DNA of 64,000 bases from Selaginella moellendorffii (GCF_000143415.4 NW_003314265.1:1570446-1634445); one strand, 5' to 3'. Positions 12,695 through 24,805 are shown, counted from the first letter of the stretch. A program made the numbers and translations. Notes: generated by a model from the sequence alone, not told the origin.

Positions 12695-14270
12695 ATGTCA
12701 GATCAGAATCCCTGCACGACGCCGAGCTGCGCGCCCCAGCTCAAGTTCTACCAGGCCTTCACATTCGCGACGCCGATAATCTTCACGCTCGTGCTGCTGC
12801 TGCTCTTTTGCGTCCTCTATGTGCGGCGGCGCCAGACCGCCAGGGCCGTGTCGCAGCTCCGCGCCCAGTTCTTCGCGAGAGGGATCTTCTCCGCGGTAAG
12901 GAAGGGAAATGCGAGAGGAGAGGATTGGATTGGTTGGAGCGAGGCCTTTTTTCCATTCTTCCTTTGCTTTTTTGGTTTTGTTCTCTTGTTTGCTAGACAA
13001 GAGTTCTTGGTTTCTCCTTCGGCCTTTCTAAGCGCGTTTGTTTTGCAGTGGCCAGTCGACCATGGATTAACCAAGTCCTTTCGAGCGACGCTACCGACCA
13101 TCGTTTTTGACGAGAGCTTTGCGGCCAGCAGGGAAGATAACCAGTAAGTATCTCGTTTGAAATCCACCTCCTAGGTTTGACTTTACTGCCACGAGTTTTT
13201 TCTTTTTTCTTCGGCACTGTTCCATCTGCCTTGCATAGAGTTGCGTGCGCTGTTCCTAGTGACTGACAGTGGTGTCTTGCGAGCTCTGATTCCAGTGATT
13301 CCAATCTCCTAGATCTTTTTTTTTTTTTTTTTGTGGCTCGAGTGAGAATTTTACTGTTTTGTGCATGAAAGGCTTGCGTCTCTTGTGGATGTTGCTTTTG
13401 CGGGTAGAGCTTGAGTCTACAGGGTTCTTCTGTTGCTCTTCTCGTGGCTCTAAACTTTTCATACGGGTTTTCCGTGTGATGCCCCTTTTGCAGCCATCCT
13501 AGACTGTGTTCTCGTGGTATCATAGTTCAGCCCATCTGCATGTTCCACAGGGGGTTGTCTCCAAATCCCACAACATTTTTTGTGCTCCTGCGCATGTTTG
13601 ATTCAAAGTTTTCTCACCCAATCGCTAACATCTCTTCTACAGTTTTTGTATTGTTTGATTTTCAACCTGATATGTTTTTTCTCTTTGGATTCGCATTTGA
13701 CGAGCTCGTGATCACTAACATCTCGTCTTTTTTTTTTTTGTTTTCTCTAGGTGCGCAGTCTGCTTGTCAGACTACCAGCCCGGCGAAAAGCTGCAGCAAC
13801 TTCCAGTGTGTGACCACATCTTCCACGTCGAGTGCATAGATGAGTGGCTTGCAAACAACTCAACTTGCCCGATCTGCCGTGGCTCGTTGCATCACGGGAA
13901 GCTGGTCCCTATGGAAAGTCTTGGAGGCCAAGTGGATCCTCACGGTCAGGACAGGGGCCACACGGCAGTGACTATAACAGGGTGCGAGTCAAGCAACAGG
14001 AATGGATCGACTAGCAGCAGCAGTAGCGGAACTAGTGGCAGTGGTAATGGATCTCAGGTCACCGAAGTGACTACTACCGCTGGAACTACCGCTGGAGTAG
14101 ACCACTTACCAGACAAGGCCGCTGCTAAACAAGACAATCTACCAGGCAAGGCTACTGAAACTCAAGCTCAAGAACAAGAAGTTATGGAAGGTCCGAGCCA
14201 CAGAAGTATTTCTTCGATGGAGGAAGCCGTGAAAGACAGTGCTGAGCACACAATCCAGATCGAGCGCTGA
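12695..14270 (+). CDS. ATL-type RING-H2 E3 ubiquitin ligase (ATL7-like)
   Basis: N-terminal transmembrane segment followed by RRR, GLD-like DHGLTKSFRATLP, and RING-H2 CAVCLSDY...LPVCDHIFHVECIDEWLANNSTCPICR; introns about 12896-13048 and 13144-13750. Confidence 0.92.
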
Positions 14271-15301
14271 GAGCTCCTTGCTTCTTCGTTCACACTTTTT
14301 TCTCCTCTCTCCTTTTTTTTTCTTTTTTTCTTTTTTTTCTTATTTTGATCGCAGGAAGAGCTCACTAAAAGCTCACCTCCAACTCCTGGTGGATGGAAAA
14401 ATATCGTCTGTACTATGAGAGTAAGCACAAGAGGGAGCCAAAGTTTCGCCACAATACCTTTGTATTCTTTCCCAAGTGCTCCCCCATTTTCTTTCAATGT
14501 AAAGCTTGTGTAAAACAGAATAACAATATATCAAATCTTGTTTTTTAGGGTCCAAAGCTACTTTTGCTCAACACTCATAAAGTTTGTGTAAAACACCACA
14601 GTAAAGAATAGCAAAATCAATCAACCTCCTGCTTGTGATTGATCTTGTGATTGATCGACGTGATTAAATCTTTTGCTACTCCCAATGATGTTTGGTTATA
14701 AAAGAAGGGGGCACAAAACAAGGAAGAACACGTTTGATATTCCCAAAGCTTTGTCTATTCTTTCTTTGTAATGTTGGGTTTGGGTGATTTGATGCTGGAA
14801 AAATACTAAACAGGTCCCTCGCATTTGGAGCGCCCAAATCCTCTCCATACATTCCATCTTTTAATCCGACAAGGCTATGTTCCTCCTTCCGTACGTTCCC
14901 TCTCGGACGACTTGTCAAACTGCCGTCCGTGCAGTCACGGCCCGCCACATGGCAGGCACCCAAGCCCCGGGCATTGCGGGCCGTCGGATGTGACGCCCTG
15001 GAGGAACTGGAGGAGCGCATCCGACGGCTGACGCGGCCTTGTTTCGAGGCACGAAGGAGGATTGAAAGTGTCGACCTCTCAAATACTGTTGCTCGCTATA
15101 TATCCTTGCAGCGTCGAGTTTGTTTTGTTCCGATCGATCGTCCAGTATAAATTCCCGTTTGATCCCGTTGCCTTGAGCTCCATTCGCGGCCGAGGAGTTG
15201 TACTACCAACGGAAGAACTTTGCTCGAGCGATCCAAGCTGGTGTCCTGTCTCTCGCATTCTTATCGTCGTGTGAGATCGTAGATCCTTGCTTTTAACGTC
15301 A

Positions 15302-15659
15302 ATGGATCAATCCGCAATGCGTGCGCGCCTCCTACTTGTCCTTGTGATCATCTTCTCTGCTGCTACGCTTGGAGCGGCAAGACTGGTTCCTCCAGGTACT
15401 TGATCGAGCTCTTTCTTTCTCTACCTGCTTGATCCAATGCTGCTCACACTGCTTTTCCTTTTCTGATCTCCTGTTCCCAGCTGACCATCGTCTCCACTAT
15501 TTTCCGTCCGGACCCCCTGCCTCGACCATTGCTGCTTTGAGTGATGCTGAATTCCGGAGGATGCTTCACGAGGTGCCGTCGGGTCCCAATCCCGTCGGCA
15601 ACATGTTGCCCGGGAGGTACTTAGTCCGACGGTCTCCTCCAGAGCTCGGGTTCCCGTGA
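15302..15659 (+). CDS. CLE peptide precursor, H-type (TDIF/CLE41/44-like)
   Basis: Exon 1 (15302-15395) encodes signal peptide MDQSAMRARLLLVLVIIFSAATLGAA; GT-AG intron 15396-15480; exon 2 encodes HEVPSGPNPVGN at 15567-15602 (TDIF is HEVPSGPNPISN). Confidence 0.9.
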
Positions 15660-16456
15660 AAGAGAGATAGGATCACGTTAGCTTTTTGGTTTCAATCTTG
15701 AGTTGTCCATACCGAGAAATTTTTTGCTATGTCACGACGGGAGAGCGGACTCTCCTTCCTTAATTCGACGCTTTAGAAACTGTTGAGCTCATGGTTTGGA
15801 TCCAGATCTGCGGAGCACGAAGAAAAGCTGTTCATCATTCGTGTGCATGGCTAGCAACACAAAAGCATAATGACAGACGCTCTTACCAACAGGATCGAGC
15901 CAACACTGCACGCGCGGATGCATGCATGATGCATGGACCTGATATCCGAGCTCATTCAATGCGACAAGCAAAAGACGCATCTTGCAAGGACAGATCCAAC
16001 CATGCATAGCCTGGAATGAACCAGCAAACACACACAGTCGCTTTGGACTACTACAAGACGCTCTGACTCAAAGCTATACGGTAAAGAACATGCTCAAACA
16101 AGTGCGACCAGACTGAAATGATTCCTGTGTACTTTCTGAGTACCTTCAATTCAGCAGCCAGCACTGTAGCAAAAGGCCAACCGCAACGATGTTGCCAAAA
16201 GCACAAATCTCAATCTTGTACTTAACACGCTCGCACACGCAATAGAAACGAGTGACCAAATAGGCTCTTTGCATTGTCGTCCTGCTGTTGATATCAAAAG
16301 TAGCTGTCACTGAAAGCAAGAGATCGACGTGCCAAGTGAAATGATCATACCTGGTGGATTTGAATACTCAAATCCCTTGATCTTTGAACAATATAACAGT
16401 CTCGGGAATACCTCTTGGCATGGTAACCTTTCGTTAAGTTTTATTCGCAAAAACTG

Positions 16457-18862
16457 TCACCAGTTAAATGAAGTTGCACCTAGCAAAAACACTTCACTTT
16501 CTAGATTTCGAAGCCATTGACAGACGAGGTTCGAAACTCTGATGGCCGCACTCTGCGTTACACAGAATGTTACAGAGCACGAAAACCAACCGAGCTTTAC
16601 CTTCTCTGCCAAGGGATCAAAAGCCGCGTAGAGCTCAAAATCGGACGTTCTCCAGTACATCAGCACTGCAAGCACAAATGTGACAGCTACTTTAATATTT
16701 ACAGAACGGAACAGACCATAGTTCTCGTCTCTCCTGTACTGCATCTTGTGATGACCCCCGTTTTCGTCATGCATAGAGAAATGGATGCGTTGGTACGCTC
16801 TAAACAACCTGAGGCCATTGAAAGCTAGTCAGAACAGCAACTGTAAACTTCTACGTACTTTTTCTGGGCTGCGTATGTATGCAACGGCGGTGTAAACTCG
16901 GAAGCAACATACTGATCGAGATAGGTACTCCTGTATAGAAAGTGCCAAAGGCCTGCTGGACCCCCCAAAAGCGTCTTGGTATTCTCACGAACGACATCTG
17001 GCTTCCTCGCAGTAAATCCGTTCTGTGAGTCTAAAGACAGATCTTTCACACGTAAGCCCCCTCGTTCCACTGAACGACTCATCTCGCCTAGAACTCGAGA
17101 CTTCTTCAATATCATCTCAGCTCGCGCTCTGAAAGGCTCATTAGACTCATAAACCATAACATAATCCCTTCACAAACCTGCAATCTTTCAAATGATAGAA
17201 GCTATCCAAGGATGTTGAAATCAGCACAAGATAAACGCTCTCCTGCAGGAACATCATGACATAGTATCTAGATCCCATTGTCAGGCAGTACTTACAGTAA
17301 GGTACTGAACATACGCATACACAAACGCATTCGGATTATAGTGTGGCAGACATACTGGAGAAAAGGACTCTGTTGTTCTGCAGAATGGTGAATATCAGCA
17401 AGCAACGCCAGTATATGTAAGATTACCGGAATGAATCCGACGACGAAACAAAGTTGGAAAGAAGGAACAGGTCGTCCGGGTGAAGAGAAGCCTTGCGAGG
17501 TCCCACCATGTTGATGACCTGAAAATGGAGATTACAACCGCAATAAGACAGAGCGTACGACCTTATATCCCGACATCAGAAGTGCAAACAGCACGCCGGA
17601 TTCTGCAATATCTTGTAATGCGGCTCCTGCGGTCTGCCTCGCAGCATATGGCAGTGGCAAGCAGGCATACGCATGGAGGAATACAGTAAAGTTCCTGAAC
17701 ACGAACAGCGAATCAATCAGCTTTCTTCACCTTTTACGATGCACCTTACCAATTAAATGAGTGCACCAAGGACGAAAGCACGATGTCCGTTCCTCCCAAC
17801 AAGGTCTTCATATCAAAGGTGGCATGCTTCGCGAAACATCTTTCCACAGCTTTCGTGAGGATGAGAAAAAGCTAAGCTTGTACCCGGTTAGTGGCAACAG
17901 TATCGTCAAGGAAGCATACCTGGCCATGAAGGAGCTCTAACTGACGTTTCATAGCCTGATACGGCTCCTCCGTGGAATTAATCGATACAAGGTACAGCGG
18001 TCCTTTTACTAGAAAAACGATCTGCAAGCAAATCACTTGAAGTAAACCCTTCAGAAAAACAAACCAACCTGATGATTTCCAGCACGCACCAGTTGCAGGC
18101 AATCTCCGCTGTAAATCCAAAGAATCAAAATGAAGGAAAAGAAGAAAAAAAGTCATGGAATGTACCTAGTTATTACAAACGACATGATTGCCTGTAGTGT
18201 TGCGGAGAAGCCAGCCAACTTGTGCTCATCTCCATATCTAAACAATGGAGATCAAGAACAGCGTAGCAACAGAGAAAAACCACACCTGGAGTATATAGGC
18301 TTTCCGGCATTGCTGAGAACAAAGAAGTGCTTCTTGTGTTTACGCCATGACTCGCTGCTATCATCCTGTGCCAGAAAAAAAAAATTTAAATTGAGAGAGT
18401 GCAAAGAGAAACAAAGGATGAATTCTCACTTCGTCTGCATGTCTCTTTCCAGGGACCCAGCTATTTCCATCATGTGAAACACGACGCGCCATCTCCTCTC
18501 CTCCAGCACCATTTGTTCCAGAAGATTCCCCAGACGAGCTGCGATTTGGATTTCCGTCACTCTGACCCTTGGCAATGGAAATCTCATTCAGGCCTCGCGA
18601 TAGCTCCTCGTCTTCCTTGTTTTCCATCGCCTGCTTGGCCTCGCCGTCTGCGAGGACGCAAGAAATGCGTGAATTCGAACAAAATCTCGGTAGCATCCGA
18701 TAGCCAAAGCCCTAGAGAATCGATTCCTGTCCAGGAAAGATTACCTGAGGATCCGGGCTCCTGCACCGATTCCGACGTATCGATGGAGCCCTGATCACTG
18801 GCGGCATCCGCGATCTCCTTCCCGGAGCTGCTGGAGCTGGCGCCATTTCCAGATCGCTCCAT
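16457..18862 (-). CDS. MON1: Vacuolar fusion protein MON1/SAND (Rab7 GEF subunit)
   Basis: [78 protein letters not shown]-terminal [10 protein letters not shown]. Confidence 0.93.
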
Positions 18863-18955
18863 TTCCACGCAAAGAAGAACCTAAAGGTAAAGAGCCGAAG
18901 GGTTTTAAATCGCAAGAACTTGGAAGCCCTAACCCTGGAGGTTTTAGAGGAGACG

Positions 18956-19792
18956 ATGGCGGCCCCTATCCCGGAGGAAGTGATGGAGGGCGTGAGCGGC
19001 ATGGACGGTCGATTGGAGCGGCTGGAGCAGCACATGAAGAAGCTCTTGAATTCCTGGTCGCCGGATGCATTGGCGCTGCTGGCGCCGGCGGATCGCGCCT
19101 CGGCCTACATGGCCGTGTCCAAGGCGCTCAATGCCGTCTATTGCTGTAAGTGTGCTCTTCGCGAAATCGCGCATTCTCTTCATTCCATTTGCAAGATTTT
19201 CTCCTTTGCGGCAGTGCTCTTGAGGACGCGGGGAGAATGCCCGGAGGATCATCCCGTGAAATCCGAGCTGGTTGGTTCTATCTCTATCTTCTTTTCTTTC
19301 TTCCTTGTGATCGCCCTCTATATGTTTTGCAGGACAGAGTGAATCTCTACGACGAGAAGGTCCAGTACGCCTGCGATAGAAGCAAAGGCGAGGCTTTGTC
19401 TATGAAACTTTGCGTGCTACGTTGTGTTCTTATCGCTCCTTGCAGCCCCGCGACCAACGTTGAGCTTGGACGTCAAGGCCGCGAATCGCTTCATCGAGCA
19501 CGCGATTCCTGATCTCACAGAAGGTGACATATACAGAATAGCTAGAGAAGACTTCGCTTCTCACTCGCGTTCGCTGTTCTTCGTTCGTTCAGAACAAAAG
19601 CTCCTCGTGAGAGAAGCTGGAATGAGGACGACGACGAAGAAGAACAACCGGCCGCAACCCGATCACTCCTCCAGCAAGAGGCTCAAGTCTGGCGAATCGG
19701 TGGCGGACGCAGCAGCAGCGTTTCTGGCCGTGGCCAGCAAAGAGATTGGCCTCGCAGGAAACGAAGCCTCCATTGACAAAGCAGCAACTTAA
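18956..19792 (+). CDS. RRP47: C1D/RRP47 exosome cofactor (Sas10/Utp3/C1D family)
   Basis: LRTRGECPEDHPVKSELDRVNLYDEK and LSLDVKAANRFIEHAIPDL; includes a GC-AG intron at 19388-19445. Confidence 0.85.
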
Positions 19793-20026
19793 CTCCGAAG
19801 CGAGAGAGAGAGAGAGCGCGCGCTCGAGAAACTCTGATAGCTCCAGGCTTTTCTCCGAGGGGAAGCCAGAGTTCTAACGCGAGAGAAGCGAGTTTCACGG
19901 TGGTGGAGACCGAGCCATGAATCGAAACTCCACACGTCACAGAATGGAATTCTGGTTGTGAAGCTATTGAGGTGGCGATGGGATTGGATCAATCCTTCAA
20001 GCAAGTTTGTTTTTTCATTCTCGTCG

Positions 20027-20117
20027 GTACAGTTGCTACAAGATGAGGCTAGTCACTGTGGATGGGGACCGAGGCAAGTATAGTTGGATGCGTACACTTG
20101 CTACAAGATGAGGCTAG
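20027..20117 (+). pseudogene. Two short CVNH gene fragments, inverted relative to the parent genes
   Basis: gtacagttgctacaagatgaggctagtca (29 nt) is identical to the CVNH1 coding strand and reads YSCYKMRLVTVDGDRGKY; a second partial copy lies at 20092-20117. Confidence 0.8.
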
Positions 20118-20480
20118 GCGCTGAAACAATTGATTGGGCAGAAGGGTGGCGATGGGATTGGATCAACCCTCAAGCTATTAGTTTTTTCGTTCTCGTCGGT
20201 GGACTTCAAATCTCACTTGTTGCTTGCTCGATCTTCTCTTTCCTTCCATTATCTCAATCCATTCATTTTTGCCTATAAACCATGCTCATCCTTGCCTCTA
20301 TTGGGTAGGCAACAAAACTTGTCAAAGTTGGCAGAAAATAATATCATGAATCTCACAGCAAAATGGACGAGAATCTTCCGGCTATTTGGATGGCCTCAGA
20401 TTCTTTTGACATTTTTGGAGGGGCCAGCAGCAGCAGCAGCGCCCACCGAAAGGTGGCGGATTTTTTTCTGTTCTGGGCTT

Positions 20481-20515
20481 GTCGGCACAACGACACGCGT
20501 CATGCGTTACGTGTC
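20481..20515. promoter_or_regulatory. DRE/CRT + CE3 + ABRE cis-element cluster
   Basis: GCCGAC (- strand, 20481-20486), ACGCGTGTC (- strand, 20492-20500) and TACGTGTC (+ strand, 20508-20515), about 200 bp upstream of the LTI65-like ATG. Confidence 0.7.
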
Positions 20516-20714
20516 CTTTCCTCGCCACGCGGTGGCTCGCCAAGGGGACGAGTGGCACTTGCCAACTGTATATGTCCGCTAGTTTGTGAGGTTTAGCTCA
20601 TCCACTCTCTTAAAATTGCAGGGCGCAGCGGGATAGCGAAAGGCAAAGAGAGAGTCTCGAGAGAGAAAAGAGAGAGATCGTCGGTGATTCTAAGCGAATT
20701 TGTGGTTGATCGGA

Positions 20715-22825
20715 ATGCAGTCGCAGGCGTATCCATCGGGCGAGCAGGGCGGGGATTACATGAAGATGACACCCGGTAAGCAGAGGAAAGCAAGAATTTC
20801 TCGCTAGATTTTTGTTCTCACCCTCTTTCTCTCTCGATCCATCCAGGCGAGCAAGAGGCTGAGTCTCCGCACTCTCAGGAGGGCGATCACAAGAAGAAAT
20901 CCGTTGTGGGCAAGGTCAAGGACAAGGCGAAAAAGCTCACTGGCAAGATCAAGGGAAAGTCCAAGAAGCGTAAGGAGGGGCAGGGAGACGATGTCGAGGG
21001 CGCCGGCGGCGACACTAGTAGCAGCAGCAGCGAGGGCGAGCAGGGAGACGATACTCCTCGCTATGATCAGGTAACTTGGAAGGAAATTGGGTGATATTTT
21101 TCGATGGATCCATCGAATTGCTGATGATTTGTTTTGGCCTGGCAGGAACAGCAGCAAACGGGATACCAGGGAGCTGCCGCTACTCCAGAGGCTCGCCATG
21201 GTAAAGCTTTGTTCGTCCTTTTCCATTGTTTATAGAATTAAGTTGGTGATGAGATTCATTGCGTGTTTTTCTAGAGGGTGCTGTTCATGGTGGCGAACAT
21301 GATTTCCAATCCAGAGAACTTGATCTCGGCCCAGAGAAGAAGGAAAGTGGTGGTCTTTTGAGCGGCGGAGTGCATGGCCAGGCCGATCCAAGTGCTCCTG
21401 CTCCTGGATCCGAGTGGCCTCGCAGCGATGATGAGCCTCGCTCGGCGACTAGCGAAGCTCCATCATGGGACGAAACTAAGAAGAGGCAAGAGGAAGTTCC
21501 GGCCGCTCATGGTCAGTAACTCATGAGAAACCAACTTGGGGATACATATTTCTGACTCGAGCTTTTTTGTTCTTCAGGTCAAGAATCGTCCGGACTTTCG
21601 TCAGGATTGGAGTCTAGCGGCTTTGAAAGCAAGCCTCGAGGAGAATCTGATTCCCTCGGAACGGATTCGTCTTCTCTTGCGGCTGGAGCTCTAGCCGGGA
21701 AGACGGAGGAGAAGATTCCCGAGAGTATTATGAAGCCATCAGCGTCACAGGACGAGGCCAAGCCTGTCGTGGACGGCGTGGACAGCAGCGGCAGTGATCT
21801 CTTGTCATCCGAAGTCGTCGATAAGTCGCCAAGCGACAAGGTTTGTGAAACTGTCAACTTTTCAAGACTTATTAACGTTTGCTCCAGGTTGATACCGAAG
21901 TTCCATCGGATCCGCAGCTCAAAACCAGTGACTCGCAGAAGGGCTGGATGCAGAGAGCTTCCGAGAGCGTCTTCTCGGTGAAGAACGCTCTCATGGGATC
22001 GCCCAAGGCATCCACAACGGACACTACCTCTCCCACGGCTCCAACGGGTGTCACGGAAGGTACCGGACAGGATTCCAAAACTTGGACAGAAAAGGCTCGA
22101 GATGCCGCAGTCTCTGCAAAGGATACAGTCAGCAGCAAGCTACCTTCGAGCACAGGGCCGACGGACGTACCAGCCTCGGGACAAACCACCGAGCAAACCG
22201 AGTCCGCCACTGGTACCACCCCGAGCGTCACTTCCCGGGCGATGGACTCGGCTACTGCTGTCAAGGACACCGTTGCTTCGAAGCTGGGATACGGTGGAAT
22301 CGGTGCTCAGACGGCCCAGACTACTCCCGCGAGTGACGTCGATTCGACAACGCAGGCTCCTCAGTCCGGTATAACGCAGAAGGTGATAGGCGCGAAGGAT
22401 GCGGTCGCTGCGAAACTTGGCTACGGTGCCGGTGCTGGAACCGAGACCGAAACAGGTGCTGGCGAGGGCAAGAACACGAAGCTTTTCACTCCGGACGAGC
22501 ACGACACGGCTTTGTCGCAGAAGATCACTGACATGTTGACCCTGGGTGGCGGATCGAAGAACACTGGATCTCCATCTCCACAGGCAACTACGCCGGAGGC
22601 TACACCAGCGAGTCCGGGTGCTACAAGCCAACAGGGAAAAGGTGTTATGGACAAAGTAACCGGTGTCATGGGATCGTTCCTAGGCAAGAAGCAACCGGAC
22701 GAGAAAACATCCTCGGGTAACTTGCAATACTAAGCTTGGTTTTATTCTCTTCCCTGGAGCTAACTTTTGTGAAACTATTTTCAGAAGCTACAAAGGACAC
22801 TGTGATGAGCGACGCTACTGCCTAA
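20715..22825 (+). CDS. LTI65/RD29B/CAP160-family dehydration/cold-induced protein
   Basis: N-terminal KKKSVVGKVKDKAKKL, CAP160-type repeats (VKDTVASKLGYG, AKDAVAAKLGYG), PGEED-like KLFTPDEHDTALSQKI and C-terminal GKGVMDKVTGVMGSFLG. Confidence 0.85.
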
Positions 22826-23046
22826 GCAAGTGAAAGATGCAAATAACGGATGTACGTAATTCTTATGCTTTGTGACGTCTTGTAGATACCGTTTAGCGAT
22901 AATAAAAAACTATTTAAGCGAACTTCCTTTATAGTTGGCCTTTACCATAAAAACAATTGACAATTGCTTTGCTTTGCCCGAAGCCCTGCTCTTTGCTTGC
23001 ATTTTACTCAAGCTTTGCTTTGTATTTTTTTAATTTGTGAAAAAAA

Positions 23047-23495
23047 TTATTTCTCACACCACTGAAGGTTACCATTGACGTTTGTTATTTTAGTATCTAG
23101 AGGGAAAGTTGTCCAGTGCAATTGAGAATCATATCCCCGGCACCATCCTGCAAGATCCACATACTTGCCTTCGTCGGCATCAACTATGACTAGCCTCATC
23201 TTGTAGCAACTGTACACAAAGCCTCCACCAGGGACAAGGTCCGAATCCTTGTTGCTAAGGTGGTAGTTGAGATTTATGAATGTCCTCTTTGGCCAGCCAT
23301 ATCCCCACTCGCAACGGGCATTCAAAACACCTCCCAATGGTTCGTAGGAGAAAGTGGGGCAATTTATCGGGAATGGTACACAGCCAGCCTGATTAAATTA
23401 TGAGTTTCAGCTATATATGGATATATGGATAGAGTATCACACACCTTGGAATGTGGTACACTCAAAAGCAGGAGGACTGTTGCAATCCAGATCAT
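23047..23495 (-). CDS. Secreted cyanovirin-N homolog (CVNH) lectin, copy 1
   Basis: Exon 1 is a signal peptide, MIWIATVLLLLSVPHSK. After a GT-AG intron: AGCVPFPINC...LNARC...INLNYHLSNKDSDL..GGGFVYSCYKMRL...LAGWC...FPLDTKITNVNGNLQW, matching the two-repeat CVNH pattern. Confidence 0.82.
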
Positions 23496-23519
23496 TTTAT
23501 GTCAAATAGCTTCGCAAAT

Positions 23520-24330
23520 CTCTTAAATATACAAGTATATTCTGTTATGTTTTTTATTTTATTATAGTATATTAATATTTCTTTAATAAAAAAGTAACGG
23601 GGCACGTCCGAATTGACAAAAATTTATAAGTGTTTAACAATTTTTTATTTTTTAGAGTTCTATAAAATTTGTATGCTTTTTGTTATGATAGAATTTATTT
23701 TCTAATTAAATTTCAATTCCTTTTTTCAAACAATATTATAAAAATAAGAAAATAAAATATCAAATAATTTTTCAAGAAAATAAAAAATATATTTAACAAT
23801 AAAATTAAATTATAAATAATTATGAATTTTAGATATCTAGTAAATAAAATGTGAAAAATATAATATAACTCATGAACTCAAAATGTTTCTTTTTCTTAAT
23901 GAATATTAGAAATTTGAGTATGAATAATTATCATTAAAAAGGTTTTAAAACTAGAGGTAAAATGATTTGATATTATTCAAGAGTTCATTTTGGCCTCTAA
24001 GCTTTTAATTAGGTAACTAAATCATAATTATATTTTAATCAATTATTAGATTTCCACAATTTAAAAAATAAATAATGGGATTTAATTCTAAAACAAAAAA
24101 AATTATATATATGCATATTATATATTACTGATATACATTTGATCATGTCCAATCATACTCCTAAACACTTGGGGATGTATAGTAAATATAAACTAACAAT
24201 CATTTTGATGAACAATATTGCTGCCTAAGCAAGCCAGAAAGAAATAATTGTGTATATTTGTAATAACAAATTATTTAAGTAAACTTTGTTATTCAGCCAA
24301 AAATTTGTAATTATCATAAAAACAATTTCC
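23520..24330. other. Very AT-rich non-coding island
   Basis: Abrupt compositional drop with no ORFs in the track. Confidence 0.8.
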
Positions 24331-24373
24331 TTTGCCTTATCTAATCATTTCACTCAAGCTAATTTGTAATATT

Positions 24374-24805
24374 TTATTTCTGACACCACTGAAGGTTACC
24401 ATTAATGTTTGTCATGTGAGTATCCAGAGAAAAAGCTGTCCAGTGCAAGAGAGAATCATATGCTCGGCACAATCCTGCAAGATCCACAAACTTACCTTCG
24501 CTGGTGTCTAAAGTGATTACCCTCATCTTGTAGCAAGTGGAGAGGAAGCCTCCCCCATGGCCAAGCTCTGAATCCTTGTTACTAAGGTACTTGTTGAGAT
24601 TTATAAATGTCTTCTTTGGCCAGCCATATCTCCACTCGCAACGGGCACACAAAACACCTCCAAACGGCTCATAGTAGAAATAGGGGCAGTTTCTTGAGAA
24701 TGATGCTGGTTAAATTGTGAGTTTCAAACTATATATTAATAGAGTATCACACACCTTGGAATGTGGTGCACTCAAAAGCTTGACGACTGCAGCAATCCAG
24801 ATCAT
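24374..24805 (-). pseudogene. CVNH copy 2, probably frameshifted
   Basis: Paralog of copy 1 with the same exon layout. A 10-nt loss just after the acceptor puts exon 2 out of frame with exon 1, and a Lys interrupts the signal core (VVKLL). The lectin-domain ORF itself is open. Confidence 0.65.

Noticed and set aside
15790-16004. Possible miRNA foldback (catggtttggatc / gatccaaccatg)
   Set aside because: Pairing is limited to about 12 nt and does not extend inward.
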